Assembly (NCBI GenBank): GCA_902500205.1
Contig: GCA_902500205.1_4868.1
From: Escherichia coli
GTDB taxonomy: Bacteria; Pseudomonadota; Gammaproteobacteria; Enterobacterales; Enterobacteriaceae
Length of the DNA: 64,000 nt
Direction: 5' to 3' (one strand)
Shown piece after piece: positions 17,360-25,458 of the stretch. The position numbers were made by a program, and so were the translations under genes. Numbering within the stretch: position 1 is the first letter of the stretch; the number at the start of each line of letters is the position of its first letter. The notes beneath the pieces are model-generated. The model was given only the letters and a program-made list of their open reading frames with translations, was not told where the DNA came from and searched no databases.

Positions 17360-17977
17360 ATGTCTTTTGTTATTGACTTTAACCACCATCATAGTCAAAC
17401 CTTGCTCGATTTAGTCAATGCTTTTAATGCTGAAACCGTTTATACGCCCCTGACCACAGAACGTATCCGAGTGGAGAGTTATGGTCCACCGGAACCGGAC
17501 GGTCGTGTAAGTGCTTTGCTGACTAATAAGAGTAAGCCTGATGACTATGTGGTTGTACGCTACCGCAAATTGAGCCTCAATGATATAATCACGTTGAAGC
17601 CTGAACATCTCACGTGGTTTGATTTGTCGAAAGGTAAACCGGCCGATTTGCGTGTATGGTCCGAAGCCGCGATGGCCAGTTTTGAATCAGCCTGTGCAGA
17701 ACGTGGTATCATCGTAAGTAAGGCGTGGGAAAACCCTGCGCAATGCCACGTAGAGTACGACATCCTGACCGATCGATACATCCTCGTCTATGAATGTGAA
17801 TCGTTTGTTTACGAATCACGCACACGTATTACGCTACCGTACCATATCGGCCAAGACTTAACCAAGACAACGCTGCCTGGTCTGGAATACGACTTGGCTG
17901 GTTTCTGGGGGCGTAAGCTGTTAGAAGAAGTGACTATCACGAAGCTTAACGGTTTTCGTTATCGTGTGTTTGTTTAA
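17360..17977 (+). CDS. Hypothetical protein (205 aa)
   Basis: 'ccaggagcgagg' SD before ATG. Confidence 0.75.
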   Translation: MSFVIDFNHHHSQTLLDLVNAFNAETVYTPLTTERIRVESYGPPEPDGRVSALLTNKSKPDDYVVVRYRKLSLNDIITLKPEHLTWFDLSKGKPADLRVWSEAAMASFESACAERGIIVSKAWENPAQCHVEYDILTDRYILVYECESFVYESRTRITLPYHIGQDLTKTTLPGLEYDLAGFWGRKLLEEVTITKLNGFRYRVFV

Positions 17978-17981
17978 GACA

Positions 17982-18023
17982 CTACCCTCGCCCGTTTAGC
18001 GAGGGTAGGTATTTATTTTTTTC
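17982..18023 (+). terminator. Intrinsic terminator
   Basis: 'ctaccctcgc...gcgagggtag' followed by 'gtatttatttttttc'. Confidence 0.8.
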
Positions 18024-18058
18024 TTACGAATCGTCCACTCCGTATAGGAGGTAAGTCC

Positions 18059-18658
18059 ATGAAAAAGATTTATAAAATTGCGGTAATCGGTTCTCGGAAG
18101 ACTGATGAAGATACCATGTCTGAAATGTACATGCGATTGTTACGTGGGTTTAATGCGCTGCACGCCAAAGATTACACGATTCATTTTTCCTCTGGCGGCT
18201 GCTGGTGTGGTCCAGACCAATTGCAATTCCGATTTGCCCGACAGTGGGCGAATACAATCGACCAAGATACCGGCAAGAAAGTGGTGTGGGATGATGAGTT
18301 CATTTGTTACCTACCCGATGAGAAAAAGCTCTGGCTCAGGAAACAGAATCCCAACGTAGAGTTCCGTGTAATCCCTCAGGATGACCGCTATCGTGAGATA
18401 GTAGGTAAGCTTCATCCCGCGCCAGAAAAGCTCCAGGAGTTCGCCTGGGCGCTTCACGGGCGTAATCTGAATATAATTATGGGCGATGATTTAGCAACGC
18501 CTGTAGACGCAGTCTATTACTCTGCGCCTTTAGATAAACAAGGTAATCCGACCGGCGGTACTGCAATGGGCGTGAAATACGCTAAGCAGTGTGGTATTCC
18601 TTGTTACCACCATGCGCTTGAAGGACATCTGTGGCTTGAGAGCTTGTGCTTATTATGA
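18059..18658 (+). CDS. Rossmann-like protein with DprA/SLOG-like 'IAVIGSRK' motif (tentative)
   Basis: 'KIAVIGSRK' near the N-terminus and 'GNPTGGTAMGVKYAKQCGIPCY' near the C-terminus; 'aggagg' SD. Confidence 0.7.
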   Translation: MKKIYKIAVIGSRKTDEDTMSEMYMRLLRGFNALHAKDYTIHFSSGGCWCGPDQLQFRFARQWANTIDQDTGKKVVWDDEFICYLPDEKKLWLRKQNPNVEFRVIPQDDRYREIVGKLHPAPEKLQEFAWALHGRNLNIIMGDDLATPVDAVYYSAPLDKQGNPTGGTAMGVKYAKQCGIPCYHHALEGHLWLESLCLL

Positions 18659-18688
18659 CCACGTTGCCTTTAATCAGAGGTCGCTATT

Positions 18689-18961
18689 ATGCAAACTACC
18701 AGTTTAGCTCGTCGTTTGTGGGAAGCGTTCTTCCCTACGCCGTCAAAACCCATTAAGAAGGTGACTAGCCTTCGCTTGTTCCCAGGCACTGAAGATGAGT
18801 TCTTCGATTACCTGGAACGTCACGGTTTTGATTCGAAAGTCGCACCACAAGAAAATGACCCAATTCAGACAGTTTACACCACGCCGGATACGGGAGAGAT
18901 ATTTGCCTTGTGTGTTCGATGGCCACATCGCAACTACTACTATACTTTGACGCAGATGTAA
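18689..18961 (+). CDS. Small hypothetical protein (90 aa)
   Basis: ORF with ATG start. Confidence 0.6.
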   Translation: MQTTSLARRLWEAFFPTPSKPIKKVTSLRLFPGTEDEFFDYLERHGFDSKVAPQENDPIQTVYTTPDTGEIFALCVRWPHRNYYYTLTQM

Positions 18962-18971
18962 GGAGCAGGGG

Positions 18972-20105
18972 ATGTCGACGCTCGATTTAGATTTAGAAGT
19001 CCTGACTGACGACTACGATCGCCTGGTCGCACTCGAAGGTCTGGGAGTTAAGCCCGACTTCCCTGCGGTTTGCGCGATTCGTCAGCGTTGGTGCTTAACC
19101 GACGACGGTGAAGATATGTTGGTTGCTCGTGAATCGCGCGAAGCGATGGAGCGTGCTCAGTTTATGACTGATACTGACCCGCGGGCTGGCATCCATCGCG
19201 CAGCAGGGCGCATTACTGCGAAAGCTGTTAAAGGTACTGGAAAGTTAGTGGGAGCTGGACTAGGCGCAACCGCAAAGGGCGCGGGTAAACTTTCGAAAAA
19301 GCTCGCATTACGCTTTTACGATTTCGCGGAAGCGCTAGCGAAAGAACAAGCCGACCGTTTGAAAGAAATAACTTCGAAAGCCGCATTCATGGAACGTAAG
19401 CTCAATAAGCTCAAAGCACGAATGTCGTTATTGGATGACCACAAAACACTCGCTGCGGTCGACGTTCACACGAGTAGCTGGACGTCTAAAGTTTGCTTTG
19501 AAGATCGACCCGATTTTGAAGCGTGTGTTAAGTTTTCTAAACGAACAAATGCGTACGAAGGCGTCGTGCAAAAGTACACGGTTTACACACGCACCGCTCT
19601 GAAGAAAAGCAAAGCATTCGAAGGGCCAGGCTTAAAACAAATCAGCAAGTCCACGAACTGGGCAGTTAAGCGCGCTGCTGGGTTGCTTGGCATCATCGAT
19701 CCCTTTAAAAAGGTGGAAGCTTTTCCTGTCCCTGGAAATATCGTTGTGGTTGAGCACCATAGTGGTAAGGTCAGTTGGGCAATTGCGCGTGACGGTGAGT
19801 ATGGTGAAACCATTAAATCGCTGGATATGCATCAGTGTGGGAAAGCAATAGAGGCTGTGGAAGCACTTATCAAATCTATTGCAGCACGCGGAACAAAGAA
19901 CCGCGTTGTGGGTTACACCGGCATTTACGAAGAAGTGGAAGCGATGAAGTCCGAGCTTAAGAACCTGGAAGGGGATGAGCTGAAAGAAGCCACTTTGCGC
20001 TACCGCAATGCAATGGCAATGGAAGACGCATTCACCACGGCGTTGGTACGCGTGGCGGAGGGTCTAATGGAGTGGACGAAGCAATCGTTGGCTGAGGTGA
20101 AATGA
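18972..20105 (+). CDS. Hypothetical protein (377 aa), translationally coupled to the downstream GNAT
   Basis: 'taaggagcagggg' SD; stop TGA overlaps the GNAT start. Confidence 0.8.
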   Translation: MSTLDLDLEVLTDDYDRLVALEGLGVKPDFPAVCAIRQRWCLTDDGEDMLVARESREAMERAQFMTDTDPRAGIHRAAGRITAKAVKGTGKLVGAGLGATAKGAGKLSKKLALRFYDFAEALAKEQADRLKEITSKAAFMERKLNKLKARMSLLDDHKTLAAVDVHTSSWTSKVCFEDRPDFEACVKFSKRTNAYEGVVQKYTVYTRTALKKSKAFEGPGLKQISKSTNWAVKRAAGLLGIIDPFKKVEAFPVPGNIVVVEHHSGKVSWAIARDGEYGETIKSLDMHQCGKAIEAVEALIKSIAARGTKNRVVGYTGIYEEVEAMKSELKNLEGDELKEATLRYRNAMAMEDAFTTALVRVAEGLMEWTKQSLAEVK

Positions 20106-20569
20106 TGAAAATTGTTTTTGTCACCAAGCCCAACTCTCCGTATGGAAAGAAATACTACGCGGACTTGTTAGGACTACACAACAAGTTATACGACGATCAG
20201 AAAATAAAACTTGCCGACTTAAACGGTCGTGAAGGGTTTAATCAAATCTTAAAACTGGAGGAGGTTTGGGGTGAAGGTACGCTGTGCGCTTGCGCCGTTG
20301 ATGACCGTGGTGTGGCTGTTGGTTTCATCACCTTCGGCTACACCAAAAAGGGACAACGTTTCCTCTGGGTATATAACTTTTTTGTAGATGAATCGGTTCG
20401 TTCACAAGGCGTTGGCCATGAACTAATCGAAGCCGTAGAAAACTACGGCAAATCAAAAGGCTGCGCATGGATGCAGCTTAACGTGCTCGGTAATAATGAC
20501 CGTGCTATTGCGTTTTATGAACGTTTCGGTTTTCGAACTGAATACCAGGATATGGTAAAGGAGCTTTAA
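20102..20569 (+). CDS. GNAT-family N-acetyltransferase (2 of 3)
   Basis: Motif 'VRSQGVGHELIEAV' and 'AFYERFGF'. Confidence 0.8.
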   Translation: MMKIVFVTKPNSPYGKKYYADLLGLHNKLYDDQKIKLADLNGREGFNQILKLEEVWGEGTLCACAVDDRGVAVGFITFGYTKKGQRFLWVYNFFVDESVRSQGVGHELIEAVENYGKSKGCAWMQLNVLGNNDRAIAFYERFGFRTEYQDMVKEL

Positions 20570-20570
20570 C

Positions 20571-21179
20571 ATGGTGGCTGTCCGCAGCGTGCCACATCAG
20601 ACTGGCTCGCGATATACTTTTTGTGTAAAGCGTTTTGGGGCAAGAAATCGCCCTGGTTGGAAGGTGGTACGTGCGATGGGACAGTTCTGGCAAATACCAC
20701 CCGGCACGTTAAAATATTTTTCAGTAGACAGAATAATCCGGTTCTTAAACGCGGCTGACCCAAGTCAACGCTCCAGTTTTATGGCAGGGATTGTTTGTCG
20801 TCCCGATGGGAAAACACGCGATGCAACCACTCGTGGAATCTACTGGACAGGACAGAATGCGTTTCAGGTTGGCTTACCTTGCCTGAAGTGTGAAGTGACA
20901 CCGTTTAATGGTCCCTACGCCGATGCGCACTTCACCGGTATCTTTGTGTCGTTCCCAGACGACCCGTCTTTAAACTACTTTTTATCAGTGGACAAAGACG
21001 TCAGTATTGATACCTTTTACAAATACTTGTTGTTTTACAGCCGGTATATCCGCGTGACTCCTGTGCATGAAGATTGGTATTATAAAAATCCCTTGAACTA
21101 TGGGAGGGACAGGAGACTAGAAGGATGTTCTATCGAGAGCTTCAACTCTGTACCGCAGCGCTCCATGGCGCTAATGTGA
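20571..21179 (+). CDS. Hypothetical protein (202 aa)
   Basis: 'aaaggagc' SD before ATG. Confidence 0.7.
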   Translation: MVAVRSVPHQTGSRYTFCVKRFGARNRPGWKVVRAMGQFWQIPPGTLKYFSVDRIIRFLNAADPSQRSSFMAGIVCRPDGKTRDATTRGIYWTGQNAFQVGLPCLKCEVTPFNGPYADAHFTGIFVSFPDDPSLNYFLSVDKDVSIDTFYKYLLFYSRYIRVTPVHEDWYYKNPLNYGRDRRLEGCSIESFNSVPQRSMALM

Positions 21180-21496
21180 GCAAGAACGGGGACCTGGAAG
21201 ACGTCGCGCAAGCCTTACGGGTTGTGCCGGAGGTTGACCAGGTCGACATCGACGCTAAGTATTTAGGCGACGGCGTAAAGCGTATTCAGTTGACCGTGCG
21301 AGCCAAACATGGCAGCTGCTCGTTACATTTCCGAGTCAGTGCGGATTATTTCCTGGTACTGCGCTCCACATTCAGTCACGATGGTCGGACTCACCGGGTT
21401 CGGTGGATGCACGACATTACTAAATTTGGCTACCCGCTTGCAGAACAACGTAAAGTCGTCCATGACTTTATGGCTGCAGTCGTTGCGGGGTTTTAA
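21125..21496 (+). CDS. Hypothetical protein (123 aa); start uncertain
   Basis: Overlaps upstream gene by 55 nt if ATG 21125 is used; in-frame GTG 21176 is an alternative. Confidence 0.55.
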   Translation: MFYRELQLCTAALHGANVSKNGDLEDVAQALRVVPEVDQVDIDAKYLGDGVKRIQLTVRAKHGSCSLHFRVSADYFLVLRSTFSHDGRTHRVRWMHDITKFGYPLAEQRKVVHDFMAAVVAGF

Positions 21497-21508
21497 GGGG
21501 AAACTGTG

Positions 21509-22105
21509 ATGTCTGAGATGATTCTCGATTCGCTGTTTTTGATTACGGTTGCAAACATCAATAAAAACGGCAATCTTCCAGAATACGTAGACATAAGTCG
21601 TCATGGCTTTAAGCGTCGCTATCAAATCGGTAAGGTGTTAGAAATTGCCTGTTTAGTAACGAACATGCGTAGACCGGTGGAAGGCTGTAGCGTTAAACAT
21701 GCACAGATGATACTCGGACGTGCTATTTCAGAAGTACGTCGTAAGCGTCGTCGTGCACCGTATCGCTTTTATCCTAACTCTACCAAACAGGTGGTGGGCG
21801 AGGGTGAAGGTGTGGTTGATTTGCGCGAGGCCAGTTGTAATGTAGGCGGTATTGCACGTGACTGGTTAATGAGCATTATCAGTAAGCATCCACGTACACC
21901 TACGCCGCAAGAAGGACAGGCGGTACTCGCACTTATGCGTAAGACCCATTTGGTGATTACTGATACACCAAACCAGGCAGCACGAATGCAGCACTATTTG
22001 GCATGTCGTGGCTTCACCACACTTGCAGTACCTTCTGAATACACAGCTGATATTAAACTTCCGCCAGTCCCAGAGTGGTCTGAACCGACAGTTGATCATC
22101 AGTGA
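21509..22105 (+). CDS. Hypothetical protein with basic stretch 'RRKRRRAPYRF'
   Basis: ATG 21509 (track GTG 21506) after 'aagggga'. Confidence 0.7.
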   Translation: MSEMILDSLFLITVANINKNGNLPEYVDISRHGFKRRYQIGKVLEIACLVTNMRRPVEGCSVKHAQMILGRAISEVRRKRRRAPYRFYPNSTKQVVGEGEGVVDLREASCNVGGIARDWLMSIISKHPRTPTPQEGQAVLALMRKTHLVITDTPNQAARMQHYLACRGFTTLAVPSEYTADIKLPPVPEWSEPTVDHQ

Positions 22106-22110
22106 GTTAT

Positions 22111-22149
22111 ACCCACTCCTTCGGGAGTGGGTCGACTCTATTCTTTTTT
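22111..22149 (+). terminator. Intrinsic terminator (TTCG loop)
   Basis: 'acccactcc-ttcg-ggagtgggt' followed by 'cgactctattctttttt'. Confidence 0.85.
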
Positions 22150-22171
22150 GGATAGATGTTATCTTAGGGAG
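22150..22171 (+). promoter_or_regulatory. Conserved 22-bp promoter-like motif, copy 3
   Basis: 'ggatagatgttatcttagggag' abutting the terminator; 95 nt upstream of ATG 22267; leader holds two hairpins. Confidence 0.55.
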
Positions 22172-22266
22172 ACGTGCAAAAATTACGTTTCATCCTTAGC
22201 ATATGCTAGAAGCCGTTGTGAGTCGGTTAAAACTCACCAACTTAAACTTAAAAGCGAGTAAACAAA

Positions 22267-23031
22267 ATGTCAAAACTCAATAAAGCAGCAACCAAAGAAT
22301 GGCTTTCCGTACCTACCGCAGATGGTCAGTATCGCTACGTATTCACGTATGACGAAAATGACCTGACGGCAAAAGGTATTCCGCACATGTTAAGTCACAA
22401 ACTGATTAACAGCGTGACCGGTGCCACCTTAGTAGGTTCCGGCGGAAGGACAATCTTTTGTGCCCCCAGTTGGGATCAAACTGAACTGACCAAGAAAATG
22501 CTCGGTGAACTCCGGGCGGTTTCCGCACGTCTGTTCTTTAAGCTGATTGCCAGAAAACCGGCGCTATGGGATGCATGGTCTCAACACAATCTCGAGGCAT
22601 TGCGTGGGGAGTGTCTGAATTACGTATTGGTCGAAGAAGTGATTGATAACTTCTTCGCTAACGTGATGAAAACCGAACGACTGCGTAAGCCGAACACCGA
22701 CGGTTATTCGTTTGTCTCCGTTAAGAGCAGCGAACTGATTCGGGGTGAGTTTGCAGGGCATGTCCTTTCGGTAACTCGGAACCTGAGTTTCTTTGGCCAG
22801 CCTTTCAGTGAGCCAGTTGTTCAGGTAACTTATGATTTCCGTTTACCGTTTACTGTTCGGAATGAGTTTGACCCAGGTCAAGTTTCGTTGAAGTTTTTAT
22901 ATCCTCTCCAGTCATGGCCGTTATTGAAGAGGTTCTTAGCTGAGCCCCGTGTAGCTGCGGTGCTGCAAGCGTGGATTGATTCATGGCCAGAAGGCATTGA
23001 GGAAAAATCGAAAACGCGAGTTGACTTCTAA
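22267..23031 (+). CDS. Hypothetical protein (254 aa)
   Basis: ORF downstream of promoter motif copy 3. Confidence 0.75.
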   Translation: MSKLNKAATKEWLSVPTADGQYRYVFTYDENDLTAKGIPHMLSHKLINSVTGATLVGSGGRTIFCAPSWDQTELTKKMLGELRAVSARLFFKLIARKPALWDAWSQHNLEALRGECLNYVLVEEVIDNFFANVMKTERLRKPNTDGYSFVSVKSSELIRGEFAGHVLSVTRNLSFFGQPFSEPVVQVTYDFRLPFTVRNEFDPGQVSLKFLYPLQSWPLLKRFLAEPRVAAVLQAWIDSWPEGIEEKSKTRVDF

Positions 23032-23037
23032 GTAAGC

Positions 23038-23073
23038 TAGGCACTCTTCGGAGTGCCTATTATTTTTTTTTTC
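23038..23073 (+). terminator. Intrinsic terminator (TTCG loop)
   Basis: 'taggcactc-ttcg-gagtgccta' followed by 'ttatttttttttttc'. Confidence 0.85.
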
Positions 23074-23136
23074 TTTACGTATGCTCGCTATATTGTGACA
23101 CCACTACAATTAATTAAACTTTTGGGGAAGAATAAA

Positions 23137-23760
23137 ATGTTAAACTCAGTGGCGCTGGATGGTCCAGATTTTTCTGGCAAATCAACACTCGCGAAAATGA
23201 TTCAAGCGATGTTGCGCTCCGCTGGCGTTAATGTCATCATCGTCAATCACCCGACGAATACCACTGAAGCCGGTATTAGTGCACGCTCTCTGGTTATCCA
23301 GCACGCTTCTAACGAACGCATTGCTAAAGCGATGTGTCTGGATTTCCAATACACGATGGATTTCGTTGTACCAGAGCACGATGTCGTTATTTTTGACCGT
23401 TTTTGTCAATCGACTATTGTCTACCAGGGCGTCGATGGTAAAGGGGAAGTTTTCCGTTCGCGGGTATTAGACCACATTAACGCACCAAAGCTTTACGTGG
23501 CAACCGATGTATCTTACGAAACCGCCACAGAACGCTTTAAGAAGCGCGTAGAGGCCCAGGGCAAGAACTGGGATGATGAGGTACTGACAGCGAAGTATCT
23601 GCGCTCACAGACTGATTGGGACGCGTTACGCGACCACTACCGTTTTGCTTTCCACATCACCACAGATGGCGGCGATAAGTTCCCGCTGATGCGTGTTACG
23701 GCTGACGACGATATAGCGTTACAAGCCGCGCGTATCGTTGAACGTATTCTGGCAGGTTAG
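23137..23760 (+). CDS. tmk: Thymidylate (dTMP/dNMP) kinase-like protein
   Basis: P-loop 'LDGPDFSGKSTLA' and 'DRFCQSTIVYQG' match Tmk signatures; 'ggggaag' SD before ATG 23137; track start 23053 lies inside the terminator. Confidence 0.7.
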   Translation: MLNSVALDGPDFSGKSTLAKMIQAMLRSAGVNVIIVNHPTNTTEAGISARSLVIQHASNERIAKAMCLDFQYTMDFVVPEHDVVIFDRFCQSTIVYQGVDGKGEVFRSRVLDHINAPKLYVATDVSYETATERFKKRVEAQGKNWDDEVLTAKYLRSQTDWDALRDHYRFAFHITTDGGDKFPLMRVTADDDIALQAARIVERILAG

Positions 23761-23765
23761 TTGTA

Positions 23766-23805
23766 CCCCTCTTACCTTCGGGTAAGAGGGTATTGTCTTT
23801 TTTAC
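23766..23805 (+). terminator. Intrinsic terminator (TTCG loop)
   Basis: 'ccctcttacc-ttcg-ggtaagaggg' followed by 'tattgtctttttt'. Confidence 0.85.
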
Positions 23806-23851
23806 AGATCGTAACAGTCTTATGCTTTTTGCTTCCAGTCCACTAAATTTC

Positions 23852-23873
23852 AGATATATATTACTTAGGTGAG
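23852..23873 (+). promoter_or_regulatory. Conserved 22-bp promoter-like motif, copy 4
   Basis: 'agatatatattacttaggtgag'; 49 nt upstream of ATG 23923; identical to copy 7. Confidence 0.55.
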
Positions 23874-23922
23874 AGTTACTACTAAACTCTCTAATCGACT
23901 ATTAATCTAAAGGAGTATTCTA

Positions 23923-24288
23923 ATGCGTTTTAAACATCAAACCGTTGTGTTGGCAAAGAAAGCATTTCTGGTTCGTCTCTCTTACATTATTACTCGTGTC
24001 ACTGCGAAGGATGTTACGCAGAAAGACATTGCATTGTTGGTAGGCTGCTCACCGTCACAAATCTCTGCGATTAAAAATGAACGCGAGAAAGCCGTGACTA
24101 TCGAAACTCTGATGCGTGTTGCCGATACACTGCGCCTGAATTACGAAATCGTTTACCGTTCCATTAACGGCAAATGCCGCCATAGCTTCAAAATTGAATC
24201 CTGCACCGACTACATGAATAACTGTCCTATCCGGGTACGAGAAACAGGACTTAAAGTCATGGCACGTAAACCTTCTGCAGTGATGTAG
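23923..24288 (+). CDS. Helix-turn-helix (XRE/Cro-like) transcriptional regulator (putative)
   Basis: 'QKDIALLVGCSPSQISAIKNEREKAVTIETLMRVADTL' resembles an XRE-type HTH; strong 'aaaggag' SD. Confidence 0.65.
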   Translation: MRFKHQTVVLAKKAFLVRLSYIITRVTAKDVTQKDIALLVGCSPSQISAIKNEREKAVTIETLMRVADTLRLNYEIVYRSINGKCRHSFKIESCTDYMNNCPIRVRETGLKVMARKPSAVM

Positions 24289-24299
24289 GGAGCAAACGT

Positions 24300-24686
24300 A
24301 TGAATTGGTTTGTAAATGGTATCACCCGTCGCGTGATGACGGAAGAGGATGATCGATGTAAACATCTTAAAGTGGGCTCTATAGCCCCGCGCTATACGGC
24401 AGAGTGCGACCCATGGGGCCGCGAAACGTACTACATGTGCGAGAACTGCTGGGAAAAGCTGCAGGCTGAAATTGCAGCTGAAGAAGTGGTCTGCGACGAT
24501 TGCAAAGGTACCTTCCCGAAACGAGATACCGTTGAATGGAAATGGTACGACTTTGACCCCAGTCAAGGGGATAAAGAACTTTGTATCTGTAATAACTGCG
24601 TGTCTTTACCGACACATTTAAACCGTGTAGAGAATGACCGTCGGGCATTTGAACACGACTTTCCAGAAGCAGCTTTCTGGGATTAA
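24300..24686 (+). CDS. Cys-rich zinc-ribbon protein
   Basis: Cys pairs 'CENCWEKL', 'CDDCKG', 'CICNNC'. Confidence 0.7.
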   Translation: MNWFVNGITRRVMTEEDDRCKHLKVGSIAPRYTAECDPWGRETYYMCENCWEKLQAEIAAEEVVCDDCKGTFPKRDTVEWKWYDFDPSQGDKELCICNNCVSLPTHLNRVENDRRAFEHDFPEAAFWD

Positions 24687-24712
24687 CTAGTGTAAACCTT
24701 AAGGAGTATACC

Positions 24713-25369
24713 ATGGCGAAGGCCCCTAAAACTGTAGCAAAAGATTCAATGGCAAGCAGCGCGGTTAAATCCACAAAAACGCGCACCACTGAATCCACGC
24801 GTACATCTAGCATTCCTAAACCGGATGTAATTGTACCGATCAGCGAGCGTCTGAAAACAATTCACATCGAGCGCGAATATCCGATTGACCTTGGTCAGGA
24901 AATCGTTGCGGTTAACCTTGGTAGCGACGTACGCTTTACCATCTATAAAGGCGCGCATCTGAACAACATGGTGCTAACCCGTGGCGATGAAGTTATCGGT
25001 CTGTCTCGTTACGACACGCAAATCGAAAACATCTATCCGGTGTTTGCAGTAGCGATGTTGCGTTTGTTTATGCAGGATAAAGCCGACCTTTGTGGTCAGC
25101 TTGCGGGTATGGCGGATCGTGTTGGTCATATTCTGCCGACGCTGGTGAAACTGTACCCAGTTACGATTGACGTGGCGTTTACTACGGTAGACAACAACCA
25201 CGGTTATATCGTACTGACCAAAGACGGTAAAGTTATCGCTGGTAATCTGACTGATAACGAAGTGCAGAAGCATATGGACAAATTTGCGTTCATGGTGAAT
25301 CGCTTGGCGCACGTCAGTGTCAAACATTCCGAAACTTGGACGACGCTTGTCTCCAAACCGGAACTGTAA
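24713..25369 (+). CDS. Hypothetical protein (218 aa)
   Basis: 'ttaaggag' SD before ATG. Confidence 0.75.
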   Translation: MAKAPKTVAKDSMASSAVKSTKTRTTESTRTSSIPKPDVIVPISERLKTIHIEREYPIDLGQEIVAVNLGSDVRFTIYKGAHLNNMVLTRGDEVIGLSRYDTQIENIYPVFAVAMLRLFMQDKADLCGQLAGMADRVGHILPTLVKLYPVTIDVAFTTVDNNHGYIVLTKDGKVIAGNLTDNEVQKHMDKFAFMVNRLAHVSVKHSETWTTLVSKPEL

Positions 25370-25372
25370 TCA

Positions 25373-25410
25373 TTAAGGGGTCTTCGGACCCCTTAATTTT
25401 TTGTCTTTTT
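25373..25410 (+). terminator. Intrinsic terminator (TTCG loop)
   Basis: 'ttaaggggtc-ttcg-gaccccttaa' followed by 'ttttttgtcttttt'. Confidence 0.85.
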
Positions 25411-25458
25411 ACGCATTATCCTCATGTTGTGACAGCAATACCTTTTGAGGGCATTACA

